A DNA stretch of 20,000 nucleotides from Chiloscyllium plagiosum. Its lineage: Eukaryota. The translations under genes and the position numbers were made by a program. The notes beneath the pieces were generated by a model. The model did not search any database, was not told the origin of the DNA, and worked only from the letters and a program-made list of their open reading frames with translations. Numbering within the stretch: the stretch's first letter is position 1; each line of letters starts with the position of its first letter. The stretch spans positions 20,147,462 through 20,167,461 of the forward strand of contig NC_057720.1 of assembly GCF_004010195.1 (NCBI RefSeq), in the 5' to 3' direction. Shown here one piece after another: positions 9,912 to 20,000 of this stretch.

Positions 9912-10908
9912 AACACAAATTCCCAGCTCGGTGAACAGAACCGCAACAACATGTTTATGCCTTGGAACAAATTTAGAAGATTAGATTAACAGTTGAATGG
10001 GATAAATTTCATTATATGGGGACCAACTACCTATAAGATGAATAACATCACTAATTTTTTTTTGGCGAATAACATCATCACCCAATCCAAATCCTACAGA
10101 TGGAGAAGAAGGAACCACCCAACCTCCCCGTACATTCCTGCAATTATATCAATGCAAAATCATTCAGCAAACATTACCTGTTCAGGAAATGTGAAAGGGC
10201 ACCAGATTGACTAAGTCTCTAAGCTAACAGAAACCAGCAGAGAGAAAAGAAAAGCTCATCAACTTTACCCAAGTATCCTAACAATGACTTTCCTTACCCA
10301 CCTATTAGCACAGATGAATCATGTCAAAGACTTGAGAAGAATGGGAGAAAGTCAGACAAATGTGCAGTAAATGTAAAAATAGGTAACATAAGCAACTCAT
10401 TTGAGAATGTATAACATGTTGATTATGGGAGTTAAACCTTGTGGAAGAGTATTGTGTAAGAGCTAAAAGATCCTGGAGCAACATTGCAATGATGTCACTG
10501 AGATGCTTCACACAAGATACAAGTAGCACAGTGTGGGTAGAGTCAAAGATGGAAAATCATTAGAAGGAAATTAACAATAAGCTCTCGATTTGGATTCTCT
10601 CACATTAGCACATGTAATAATAACCTGCAGTAATAAAGTTCTGCAGAGGTCTAAAGTTAAAGACAGTTCTTCTTGACCAGTCTGCCATGAGCCCAAACTC
10701 TTGGGTGTGACCCTAAATCTATACAACAAAAGATTAACAAATCTTTTACTACTCCTGCAGAAGATTTTTTTTTCTCTGTATTGACCAATCAAGCTCTGGC
10801 AGTTGCTGCCTTCCTATTTCATTCTCTTGGTATTAAAATATTTTATCTGATTATATTTTCTTCTTTCTGTTTTCTTATGTTCAACAATTGTTTATGTCTG
10901 TTCATCTC

Positions 10909-11237
10909 CATAGAATCCCTTCAGTGTGGGAACAGACCATTAGACCCAACAAGTCCACACTGACTGTTTAAAGAGTATCCCACCCACACTCACACCCCCT
11001 ACCATATAGCCCTGCAAATCCCATGGCTAATCCAGCTAACCTACGCATCCCTAGTCACTGTGGACAATTTGGTATGGACAATCTACCTAACCTGCATATC
11101 TTTAGATTGTGGGAGGAAACCGGAGCACCCAAAGGAAACTCATGCAGACACAGGGAGAATGTCCAAGCTCCAAACAGGCAGTTGCCCGAGGCTGGAATTG
11201 AACCCGGGTTCCTGGTGCTGTGAGGCAGCAATGCTCA
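10909..11237 (-). mobile_element. Older HE1-like SINE
   Basis: tgtgggaggaaaccggagcaccc...ggaattgaacccggg...ctgtgaggcagcaatgct is the reverse complement of the HE1 core and B box. Confidence 0.85.
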
Positions 11238-12117
11238 ATTAACAAACTTTTGAATTGATAGCTAATAAATCTTTGACTTTGCTAGAACAAAGCACGCTGC
11301 AGAATGTCTTTTCTATAATTCCAAATAATAGTTAAATTACCTATTTATATATTTACTTGTTTACTTCTCTCCTCATTTTTGAAAACTTTCTTTACTCTCC
11401 CAGAAGCATTTGCCTGTCCTAAGCAGCATTGATAAATATGCTTATAAATAGGACATTATCTCAGTTGGTGGATAAAGGAATTAAAAAAAAGGAAAATCTT
11501 GTTTTTTAATTTATCGTTTTGCCTTCTTAAATATTTCCCTTACTTATATCAACCTTTAAAGATAATTTTACTGTTGGTATTATGTATCTTTTTGAATTCC
11601 AGTCTCAAAATTCAGGCTCACAAAATGCCTTTGTTCTTTCACTGCCTTATATGCAATGAGAATGGATGGTCTGTTTACAACACTTACTCCTGCCTTTCTC
11701 CTTGTGGAAGTGCTTTTACCCCTGTTTTTCTCCTCCCTTGACCTAGATTAAGTTATGAACGGCATGCTGCACACACTACCAATTTCTAGGAGAGTATCTT
11801 AGCTCATCAGCCCAGTCTGCCATTCACATTTTTCTTCTTCATAAAGGGGTCTTCTCCAGGAAGATCTATAGTCTACAGGGATCTATTTAGTGTCTCTCTT
11901 TTGAAATGTCAGTACAGTTTCACCAGTGTATTATATTTATCAGTCTGAAATTTTGCTGCTTTTTCTTATCATTGCAATTGTGTTTCCAAGAATTTAATAC
12001 CATTGTAGTTTAACAAAGCCAGAACAGGCTAACAGCTAATTTGAATAAAATGGATATGCTGTGAAATAAATATTGACTTGTGTGAGCGACTATGTTATTT
12101 ATTTTTCTTAAATGCAG

Positions 12118-12222
12118 ATGGCTCGATTATTCTACCACAAACCACAATTTGCTATTTTAGATGAATGTACCAGCGCAGTTAGCGTGGATGTTGAAGGCTA
12201 TATATACAGTCATTGCAGAAAG
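12118..12222 (+). CDS. ABCD3: ABCD3 internal coding exon with Walker B / D-loop
   Basis: aatgcag|ATG...AAG|gtaagc; 105 nt, phase 0; [35 protein letters not shown]. Confidence 0.97.
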
Positions 12223-13245
12223 GTAAGCAATGCTACTGGAGGATAATGTCAAATAAAATGCTGTTCCTGGATGAGATGTAAACGGTGACAAATACCAAAG
12301 TCTTAGTAAATTCATGTTTTCATGCAGGTGATCTCATGGGATGATTATGATCACTTGAGGACATCAAAGGAATTTTCCAGATTATATTTTTCTCTATGTC
12401 AGGAAATATTACATGGCTGTAGTGTAGGGGTATGAGTAGGAAGTTTCTGGTCCGGATTCTCCTTTCGTCATGAAGGAGATAGGCTTGTTGAATGGTCTAG
12501 TCCTTTCTTGCCCTGCAGTTTTGTAACCAAAAATGTAATTCTTGTAGGCCAATTTCTGCACAAATTAAGGGAATTTGTAAAGTCTACCCTGATGTGCATC
12601 TCCATTTCAACCTCTATTGGATTCACAACACAAATATTGCATGCAAGTTCATTTATACAAAAACAAATTTAGAGAGGATGGAGACAGTAGGAAATGTAAA
12701 TTATATATGAAAAAATAATGATGGAAAGGATTAGTTTTTGGTCAAGTGACATTAAAAAGCTTGACACCTGATGGATAACAGATTCTCTTTTGTTTAACCT
12801 TCAAACTGGAAAAAGAATCGAGGATGGATTTGTTTTTTGCAAAATGACTGATACAAAGCTGTTAGTTTGACTTAAGCTATGTCGGATTTTACTTTTACAT
12901 TTAAGTTAATGAAAGAAAATTGGTTTAGTCTAAAAAGGAATGCTGATTCACTATTATCAAGTACCACTTTTACTCCTGTCATTTTTATAAAGTTGAAATG
13001 ATCAGTTAAAAGCAGTTCAGTATTGCAAAAAACATCTCTGAATTATACATTCAAAATTACAGATTTCTGGAGTAAGCAAAATTTTTTAAATTTTCAAATG
13101 TTTTAATGATTGATTTTTGTTGCACTTTCTTTGACTATTTACTGGGCGTGTTCTCAAGAGCTTGACTTTCCACTTGTCTGTCTCTATTTAACAGAACTGA
13201 AATCATTTACTGAATGGACATTGCTTCAGCCCAGCATCCTTCATC

Positions 13246-14688
13246 TATAAGAGCACAAGATATAGAAACAGAATTAGGCCATTCATAGAATCCCTACTAT
13301 GTGAAAAGAGGCCATTCGGCCATTTGAATATGCATCTCCAAAGAACTTCCCACCCACACACATCCCCACCCTATCCCCATAATTCCACATTACCATGACT
13401 AATCCCAGTAACCTGCACATCCCTAGACACTATGGGGGCAATTTAGCATGGCACATCCACCTAACAGTTTTGAATAATGGGGGGAAACCAGAACACTGAG
13501 CAGAAACCCACGCAGAGATGGGGCAAAAATGTAGACTCCACACAGACATTCACCCAAGACTGGAACTCAATTCAGCAGTGTGAATCACTGAACCACCATG
13601 CCCGCTGTACCAATCTACTCCGACATTCAATCGTGGCTGATATGTTTCTCAACCCTGTTCTGCCTTCTTCCAATAATGTTTGATCCCTTCTGTCTCTGTC
13701 TTCAAAGACACTTGAAGACTTGGCCTCCACAGCCCTTTATGGCAATGAGTTTCACAGGTTCACCCACTTGCTGAAGAAATTCCTTCTCATCTCAGACTTT
13801 TGCTCTGAGGCTGTGCCATGGTCTCCTATTCTCTCCTACTAGTGGAAACATTTCTTCACATCCATTCTATCCAGTCCTTTCATATTCTCTAAATGTTAAT
13901 GAGATATCCCTTCATCCTTCAAAACTCTGTCAAGTACAGACCCAGAGTCCTAGATGACTCCTCATATGACAAGTCATTCATTCCCAGGATCATTCTCATG
14001 AACCTCCTCTGGAATCCCTCCAACACCAGCATATCCTTCCTTAGATATGAGACACATAACTGCACATAGTATTCCAAATGCAATCTGACCAGAACTTTAT
14101 ACAGTACATCACTGCTGTTGTACTTTAGTCCTCTCGAATAGAGTTTTCTCATATTGTTTTTGCCTTCCTAACTTTGAACACTAGGATTTCTAAGCCCCTT
14201 TTTCGTTTCAGATTTCTAAAGCCTTTTCCCATTTAGAAAATACTCCGTGCCTTCATTCTGCCTACTGAAGTGCATAACCTCACACTTTCCCACATTGTAT
14301 TCCATCTACACTTCTTTGTCCACTCTCCTAGCCTATCCAAGTCCTCTGCTGCCTTCCTGCCTCTTCAACACTATCTATTCCTTTACCTGTCTTTGTATCA
14401 GCTGCAAACTTAGTAACACTGCCCTCAGGCTCAACACTGATTCCTGTAGAACTCCATTAGTCACTGGCTGCAATCCTGAAAAAGACCTCTTTATCCCCAT
14501 TCTCCGCCTTTTTCTAGCCAGCCAATCCTCTATCCATACCAGTACCTTGCCCTGAACACCATAGTCTCCTACCTTATTTAGCAGCCTTCAGTGGGGAACT
14601 TTCTCAAATGCCTTCGGATATCCAAATAGATTACATCCACTGACTCTCCTTTGCCTTGAAAGAATTCTAACTGATTTGTTAGACACAA
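13246..14688 (-). mobile_element. CR1-type LINE, 3' part (RT to tail); continues at 16175-17960
   Basis: Tail resembles 388-470; minus frames LYKVLVRLHLEYYVQ...RKDMLVLEGFQRRF and PKAFEKVPH. Confidence 0.85.
13284..13610 (-). mobile_element. Old HE1-like SINE nested in the CR1 3' tail
   Basis: atagaatccctac...caatttagcatgg...ggaaaccagaacac...gaaacccacgcaga; the CR1 tail (ggccattc | aatctactccgacattcaatc) resumes after it. Confidence 0.75.
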
Positions 14689-14821
14689 GGGACATGGGTG
14701 TCAATGCCTTGTCCCTAGTTGCTCCTTCAGGAGGTGCTAGTGAACTGCCATTGAGCCACTGTACTCTGTGAGGGTAACAGTATTCCTGTGAAGGATGACT
14801 GACTGACTGACTCAAGCACTT

Positions 14822-15492
14822 CACCAAAATTGGTGATATGGTGGACAGTGAAGGAGGTTATCTCAGAGTACAAAGACCTTGATCAGATGAGCTGATGGGT
14901 CGAGGAGTGGCAGATGGAGTTTGAGGTAAATGTAAGGTATGGCATTTTGGTAAGGCAAACGAGGGTGGGACTTATGCACTTAATGGTAGGACCTTGAGGA
15001 GTGTTGCTGAACAAAAAGCCCTTGGGGTGTAGGTTGTTAGTTCCTTCAAAATGGAGTCATGGATAGACAGACATTTGGTATTCTTGCCTTTATCGGTCAG
15101 TGCACTGAGTACAGGAGTTGGAATGTCATTTTGCAGCTATACAGGATATTGGTTAGAACACTTTTGGATTACTGTGTTCAATTCTGGCCTCCCTGTTGCC
15201 GGAAAGATCATCTTAAACTTAAAAAGGTGCAGGAAACATTTTTCAGAATATTGCCAGGGTTGGAGGGTTTGAACTGTAGGGAGAAGCTGAACAGACTTGT
15301 GGCTGTTTTCCCTCGAGTGTCAGAGGCTGAGGGGTGACCTTACAGACATTTATAAAATCACAAGCGGCACGGAAAGGGTAAATAGGCAAGGTTTTTTTCC
15401 CCAGGGTGAGGGAATCGAAAGCTAGAGGGTGCATAGGTTTAAGGTGAGAGGGACCTGAGGGCATCTTTTTCACGCAGAGGGTAGTGCATATA
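14822..15492 (+). mobile_element. CR1-type LINE ORF2 3' fragment
   Basis: TKIG..VDSEGGY...; ILAFIGQCTEYRSWNVILQLYRILVRTLLDYCVQFWPP. Confidence 0.85.
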
Positions 15493-15494
15493 TT

Positions 15495-16173
15495 GGAGGT
15501 GTAGTGGACAGCGAAGAGGGTTACCTCCGATTACAACAGGATCTGGACCAGGTGGGCCAATGGGCTGAGAAGTGGCAGACGGAGTTTAATTCAGATAAAT
15601 GCGTGGTGCTGCAATTTGGGGAAGCAAATCTTAGCAGGACTTATACACTTAATGGTACGGTCCTAGGGAGTGTTGCTGAACAGAGCGACCTTGGANNNNN
15701 NNNNNNNNNNNNNNNNNNNNNNNNNNNNNNNNNNNNNNNNNNNNNNNNNNNNNNNNNNNNNNNNNNNNNNNNNNNNNNNNNNNNNNNNNNNNNNNNNNNN
15801 NNNNNNNNNNNNNNNNNNNNNNNNNNNNNNNNNNNNNNNNNNNNNNNNNNNNNNNNNNNNNNNNNNNNNNNNNNNNNNNNNNNNNNNNNNNNNNNNNNNN
15901 NNNNNNNNNNNNNNNNNNNNNNNNNNNNNNNNNNNNNNNNNNNNNNNNNNNNNNNNNNNNNNNNNNNNNNNNNNNNNNNNNNNNNNNNNNNNNNNNNNNN
16001 NNNNNNNNNGAGGCTGGTACAATTGCAACATTTAAGAGGCATTTGGATGGGTATATGAATAGGAATGGTTTGGAGGGATATGGGTTGGTTGCTGGCAGGT
16101 GGGACTAGATTGGGTTGGGATATCTGGTCGTCATGGACGGGTTGAACCATGTTTCCATGCTGTACATCTCTAT
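15495..16173 (+). mobile_element. Second CR1-type 3' fragment spanning the gap
   Basis: VDSEEGYLRLQQDLDQVGQWAEKWQTEFNSDKC before the Ns; 3' tail ending ccatgctgtacatctctat after them. Confidence 0.8.
15696..16009. other. Assembly gap (314 N)
   Basis: Run of N. Confidence 1.
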
Positions 16174-16174
16174 A

Positions 16175-17960
16175 ACAACCTCCCCTTAACAAAGCTGCTC
16201 TGACGCAGCTGTATTTTACTGTGCACTTCCAAGTACTCCGAAATATCATCCTTAATAGTGAGCTCTAAAATCTGACCAACAACTGAGGTCAGGCTAACCG
16301 GCCTATAATTACCAATGTCTGCTTCCCTCCCTCCTGAAACATGAGTATTACAGTGCGATTATCCAGCCCTCTGGTACCCTCCTTGACTCTTTTGATTCCT
16401 GAAATATTACCACCAGTGCCTGCACAATCTCCTCAGCTGTCTCCATCAAAATTCTGGGATGAAGTCCATTTGGTCTGGGTGACTTATCCACCTTCAGACC
16501 TTTCCGTTTTCCCAACAACTTCTCCTTGGTGATGGCCACCTCATCTCTGCTCCCGATTCTCTTGAACTTCCAGTATGCTGTTGGTGTCTTTCACCGTGAA
16601 CACAAATTCAAAGTACCTATTCAGTGCTTCTGCCATTTCTTTTTTTCCCCTTTGCTACTTATCCAGCCTCATTTTCCAGCAGTTCATGTCCACTCTTGCC
16701 TCTCTTGTACCTTTTATATCTCAAACAATACTCTTGCAATTGTCTTTTTATATTGTTAAATTAGCTTATCTCACTGCTTACGGGGCCTGTATATTTCTCC
16801 CATCAGGATCTTTTTCCTTTATTTTTTAATTCACGTTTGGTGATTTTTAAAGACTTTCCCTTCCTCTGGCTTACATTAATCTTCACCACATTATATTCTT
16901 TTTCATTTGCTTTTATGCTGTTCCTGACTTCCATTGTTGGCCATGGTTGCTCATCATCTCCTTAATATGTTTCTTCCTCATTGGAATGAATTTCTGCTGT
17001 ACCTGCTAAATTACCTCCAGAAACACCTGCCATTTCTGCTCCACCATCTTCCCTTCCAATCAGCTCTGGCCAGCTCCCCCCTCAAGTCTTTATAGTTACC
17101 TTGACTCAACTGTAATACTATTCCAGCATTTTCCTCTCAAACTGCAGGGTGAATTCTGTTGTGGTCATTGGCCTCTAGGGATTCCTTCACTTTAATCTCT
17201 CTAATCAAGTCTGCCTCATTAGACATCATTGAGGAGAAAGTGAGGTCAGTTACCTTTACTCAATGTAATACTATTCCAGCATTTTCCTCTCAAACTGCAG
17301 GGTGAATTCTGTTGTGGTCATTGGCCTCTAGGGATTCCTTCACTTTAATCTCTATAATCAAGTCTGCCTCATTAGACATCAACAAATCTAGAATTACCTG
17401 GTCCCTAGTGGGCTCTATCAAAAATTGCACCCAGAACATTTCTTGAAGACATTCCACAAATTCTGTTTTTTGGGATGTGCTACCAAAGTGCATATTGAAG
17501 TCCCCCGTGGTTATTGTAATGGTGTCTCTCTTGCCTTTTCTGTCTTATTATTTATTATCGCTGACCACTGCTTACGGGACCTGTATATTTCTCCCATCAG
17601 GATCTTTTATCCTTCATGGTTCCTCGACTCTACTCTCACAGATTCTGCACCTTCCAGCCCAAATAGCCGTTTGCTACTGATTTAATTTCATTTCTTACAA
17701 ACAAGCCTCCCCTCCCACTCCAGCTCATCTGCCTGTCCCTTCAGTGGGATGCATATCCTTGGATATTTAGTTCCCAGCACTGATTCCCTTGCATCCACAT
17801 CTCTCTGATATCCGCAACATTGTAACCAACCTTATTTACTTTGACTCTTATACGCACGCATTTGAGTACAACACTTTCAGTCTTGCATTGACTGTGCAAT
17901 CACTCCCTTTCTCATAGTTGCCTCTTTATCTATTGTGCCTGAAATTGGGTTTCTGACCTT
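16175..17960 (-). mobile_element. CR1-type LINE ORF2 5' part (endonuclease/linker to RT start), decayed
   Basis: Minus frames EFVECLQEMF..Q...EPTRDQVILDLLMSNE...DHN and LKVDKSPRPNGLHPRILME.AEEIVQALVVIFQES; distal boundary approximate. Confidence 0.85.
17094..17381 (+). repeat. ~135-bp near-tandem direct duplication with 19-bp spacer
   Basis: 17094-17228 vs 17248-17381; 2 substitutions and 1 indel. Confidence 0.95.
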
Positions 17961-18637
17961 TTCCATATTCTCTGTCCTCTTTCTGACTTCTCCTGAGCCT
18001 TCCCTTGCTTTTAATGATTATTCACGCATAAACATCTTGCAGTGATGAATTATACAGGTAATCCTCTTTTAACATTGCCCAGTTTAACATTATCATGCTA
18101 ATGTTTTCTTGAGTCATATTGTTATTACTGCTATTTGTTGTAGTGTGTGTCACTTTGTGAAAGTCAGATGACGTTAGGACCTCATTGGTGCTATGAGAGC
18201 TGTGTTTGTTCTTTACAAGGGAGACAGAGTAGCAAAGGAGATAGTTATTGAAGTTTGAACTTATAAAAGTAAACTTTCACAGCTGATGTGGTGGATTTCA
18301 TGTAATGGTCCAATATTTCAACATGCATTCTGTTTCGCCTGGAAAAAAGGTGTCCGAAGAAACCCAACTCAGTCTTTAACTACAGGAACCTATGATTCAT
18401 TTAAAAATTGTTTTACTTAAAGTAGTGTTTCTCAGGAATGGAGCCTCAACTTTGAGTGAGGGCCACCTCTGCACCTTTAGAAAATGTTTTCTGTACTGTC
18501 ACATCAATTATACTTTTTTACAATTGTTATGAATTATCCCATTATTACCAAATTGTGCATAGTTGTCTCTCAGATGGACACTCTTCAATATTGTGCTGTT
18601 TCTGTTGACTGTAATCTGTACTTTGTTTGATTTAAAG

Positions 18638-18694
18638 GTTGGCATCACTTTGTTCACTGTGTCACACAGAAAGTCTCTCTGGACTCACCATGAG
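18638..18694 (+). CDS. ABCD3: ABCD3 coding exon with H-loop (probably penultimate)
   Basis: tttaaag|GTT...GAG|gttagt; 57 nt, phase 0; VGITLFTVSHRKSLWTHHE continues the previous exon in frame. Confidence 0.95.
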
Positions 18695-18897
18695 GTTAGT
18701 ACCAAAAAGCCCAATTTTCATATTTTCAGATGAACACATCAGCATTTGAGACCATAATTTTAACCAATTGCATTTGACAGATAGTATCTAGGAAAGAGCT
18801 GTTCAGACACGATGGACATTGTGCGACCAAATTCAATCTGAATGTGCCTGTAGAGTGGAACTAAGTTAGAAAAAGAGAAATGAAGACACATGACTGA

Positions 18898-19115
18898 CCC
18901 AGTCACTGCAGCCTGTCCCTCTCTCCGACCCTCCCAGTCACTGCAGCCTGTCCCTCTCTCCGACCCTCCCAGTCACCGCAGCCCGTCCCTCTTCCGACCC
19001 TCCCAGTCACTGCAGCCCGTCCCTCCCTCTCACCCTCCCAGTCACTGCTAAACCATCCCTCTCTCCGACCCTCCCAGTCCCTGCAGCCCGTCCCTCTCTC
19101 TGATCGTCCCAGTCA
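18898..19115 (+). repeat. 35-bp minisatellite, ~6.2 units
   Basis: Unit CCCAGTCACTGCAGCCYGTCCCTCTCTCCGACCCT starting at 18898, 18933, 18968, 19002, 19037, 19073 and (partial) 19108. Confidence 0.95.
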
Positions 19116-19312
19116 TAGAGATGTACAGCATGGAAACAGACCCTTCGGTCCAACCCGTCCATGCCAACCAGATATCCCAACCCAATCTAGTCATAACTGC
19201 CAGCACCTGGCCCATATCCCTCCAAACCCTTCCTATTCATATACCCATCCAAATGCCTCTTAAATGTTGCAATTGTACCATCCTCCACCATTACCTCTGG
19301 CAGCTCATTCCA
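19111..19312 (-). mobile_element. CR1-type LINE 3' tail fragment
   Basis: Reverse complement of the tail at 16010-16173; homologous to 2808-2980. Confidence 0.85.
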
Positions 19313-19316
19313 TTCC

Positions 19317-20000
19317 ATAGAAATCGTGGATGCATTGGTGATTATTTTCCAGAGTTCGATAGATTCAGGATCAGTCCCTGCGGATTGGAGGGTGGCTAAT
19401 GTTATACCACGTTTTAAGAAAGGAGCGAGAGAGAAAGCAGGAAATTATAGACCAGTTTGTCTGACCTCAGTGGTGGGAAAGATGCTGGAGTCCATTATAA
19501 AGGATGAAATTACGACACATCTGTAGAGCAGTAACAGAGTCAGAGTCAGCATGGATTTATGAAGGGGAAATCATGCTTGACTAATCTTCTGGAATTTTTT
19601 GAGGATGTAACTCTGAAGATGGACAAGGGAGTTCCAGTGGATGTAGTGTACCTGGACTTTCAGAAAGCCTTTGATAAAGTCCCACATAGGAGGTTAGTGA
19701 GCAAAATTACGGTGCATGGTATTGGGGGCAAAGTACTGACTTGGATTGAAAATTGGTTGGCTGACAGGAAACAAAGAGTAGTGATAAACGGCTCCCTTTC
19801 GGAATGGCAGGCAGTGACCAGTGGGTTACCACAAGGATCAGTGCTAGGACCGCAGCTTTTTACAACATATATTAATGATATAGAAGATGGTATTAATAGT
19901 AACATTAGCAAATTTGCTGATGATACAAAGCTGGGTGGCAGGGTGAAATGTGATGAGGATGTTAGGAGATTACAGGGTGACCTGGACAGGTTAGGTGAGT
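19317..20000 (+). mobile_element. CR1-type LINE reverse transcriptase region (runs off the window; one stop and a frameshift near 19524-19545)
   Basis: NYRPVCLTSVVGKMLE, QHGFMKGKSCLTNLLEFF, YLDFQKAFDKVPH, GLPQGSVLGP, KFADDTKL. Confidence 0.95.

Larger units (their letters stand above)
9229..9950. mobile_element. Penelope-like element with inverted terminal repeats, GIY-YIG remnant and 13-bp TSD (probably Poseidon-type)
   Basis: + strand 9519-9800 encodes VVYKIPCKDCTKHYIGQTGRQLTIRIHEH...REFPEAWHS; 9264-9518 is the reverse complement of 9728-9950; flanks atgttcatgcctt (9216-9228) and atgtttatgcctt (9951-9963). Confidence 0.9.
7330..10200 (+). mobile_element. Highly decayed Ty3/Gypsy-like pol (RT end, RNase H, integrase) hosting later insertions
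   Basis: Ordered degenerate motifs across frames: IIWNSKSKK and KPFI (~7830-7920), CTSDIVFG resembling DASD.G.G (~7980), LGNKMTIHADQNPII (RNase H, ~8545), VTCHGC (~9063), LWSEDH (~9164), FIIWGPTTYKMNNITNF and HPTSPYIPA (integrase core, ~10010-10140). Boundaries are approximate and no LTRs were seen. Confidence 0.55.

Noticed and set aside
15504..16249. ORFs spanning the N run
   Set aside because: Artefacts of translating the assembly gap.
18898..19115. CRISPR-like array (35-bp periodicity)
   Set aside because: Head-to-tail units with no unique spacers, in a vertebrate intron with no cas genes.
18695..20000. Final ABCD3 coding exon
   Set aside because: No YYLHMDGRG-like peptide behind an acceptor was seen; it presumably lies downstream of the window.

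Overview
This is vertebrate genomic DNA, almost certainly from a shark or ray given the HE1-type SINEs and shark-type CR1 and Penelope repeats. It carries four consecutive internal coding exons of the peroxisomal ABC half-transporter ABCD3 (PMP70) on the + strand: 3590-3679, 6228-6347, 12118-12222 and 18638-18694. All are GT-AG and phase 0, and together they encode the ABC signature, Walker B and H-loop; the first and last exons lie outside the window. The introns are mostly retroelements: CR1-type LINE fragments (some nested), HE1-like and other tRNA-derived SINEs, Penelope-like elements (PLEs), and a very decayed Gypsy-type pol. There is also a 35-bp minisatellite and a 314-N gap. The most notable items are PLE-borne minimal hammerhead ribozymes (one with an intact core, on the antisense strand), short fold-back PLE-derived insertions with 13-16 bp target-site duplications (TSDs), and several locally templated insertions or duplications. 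Repeat family names come from recalled motifs, not a database search.
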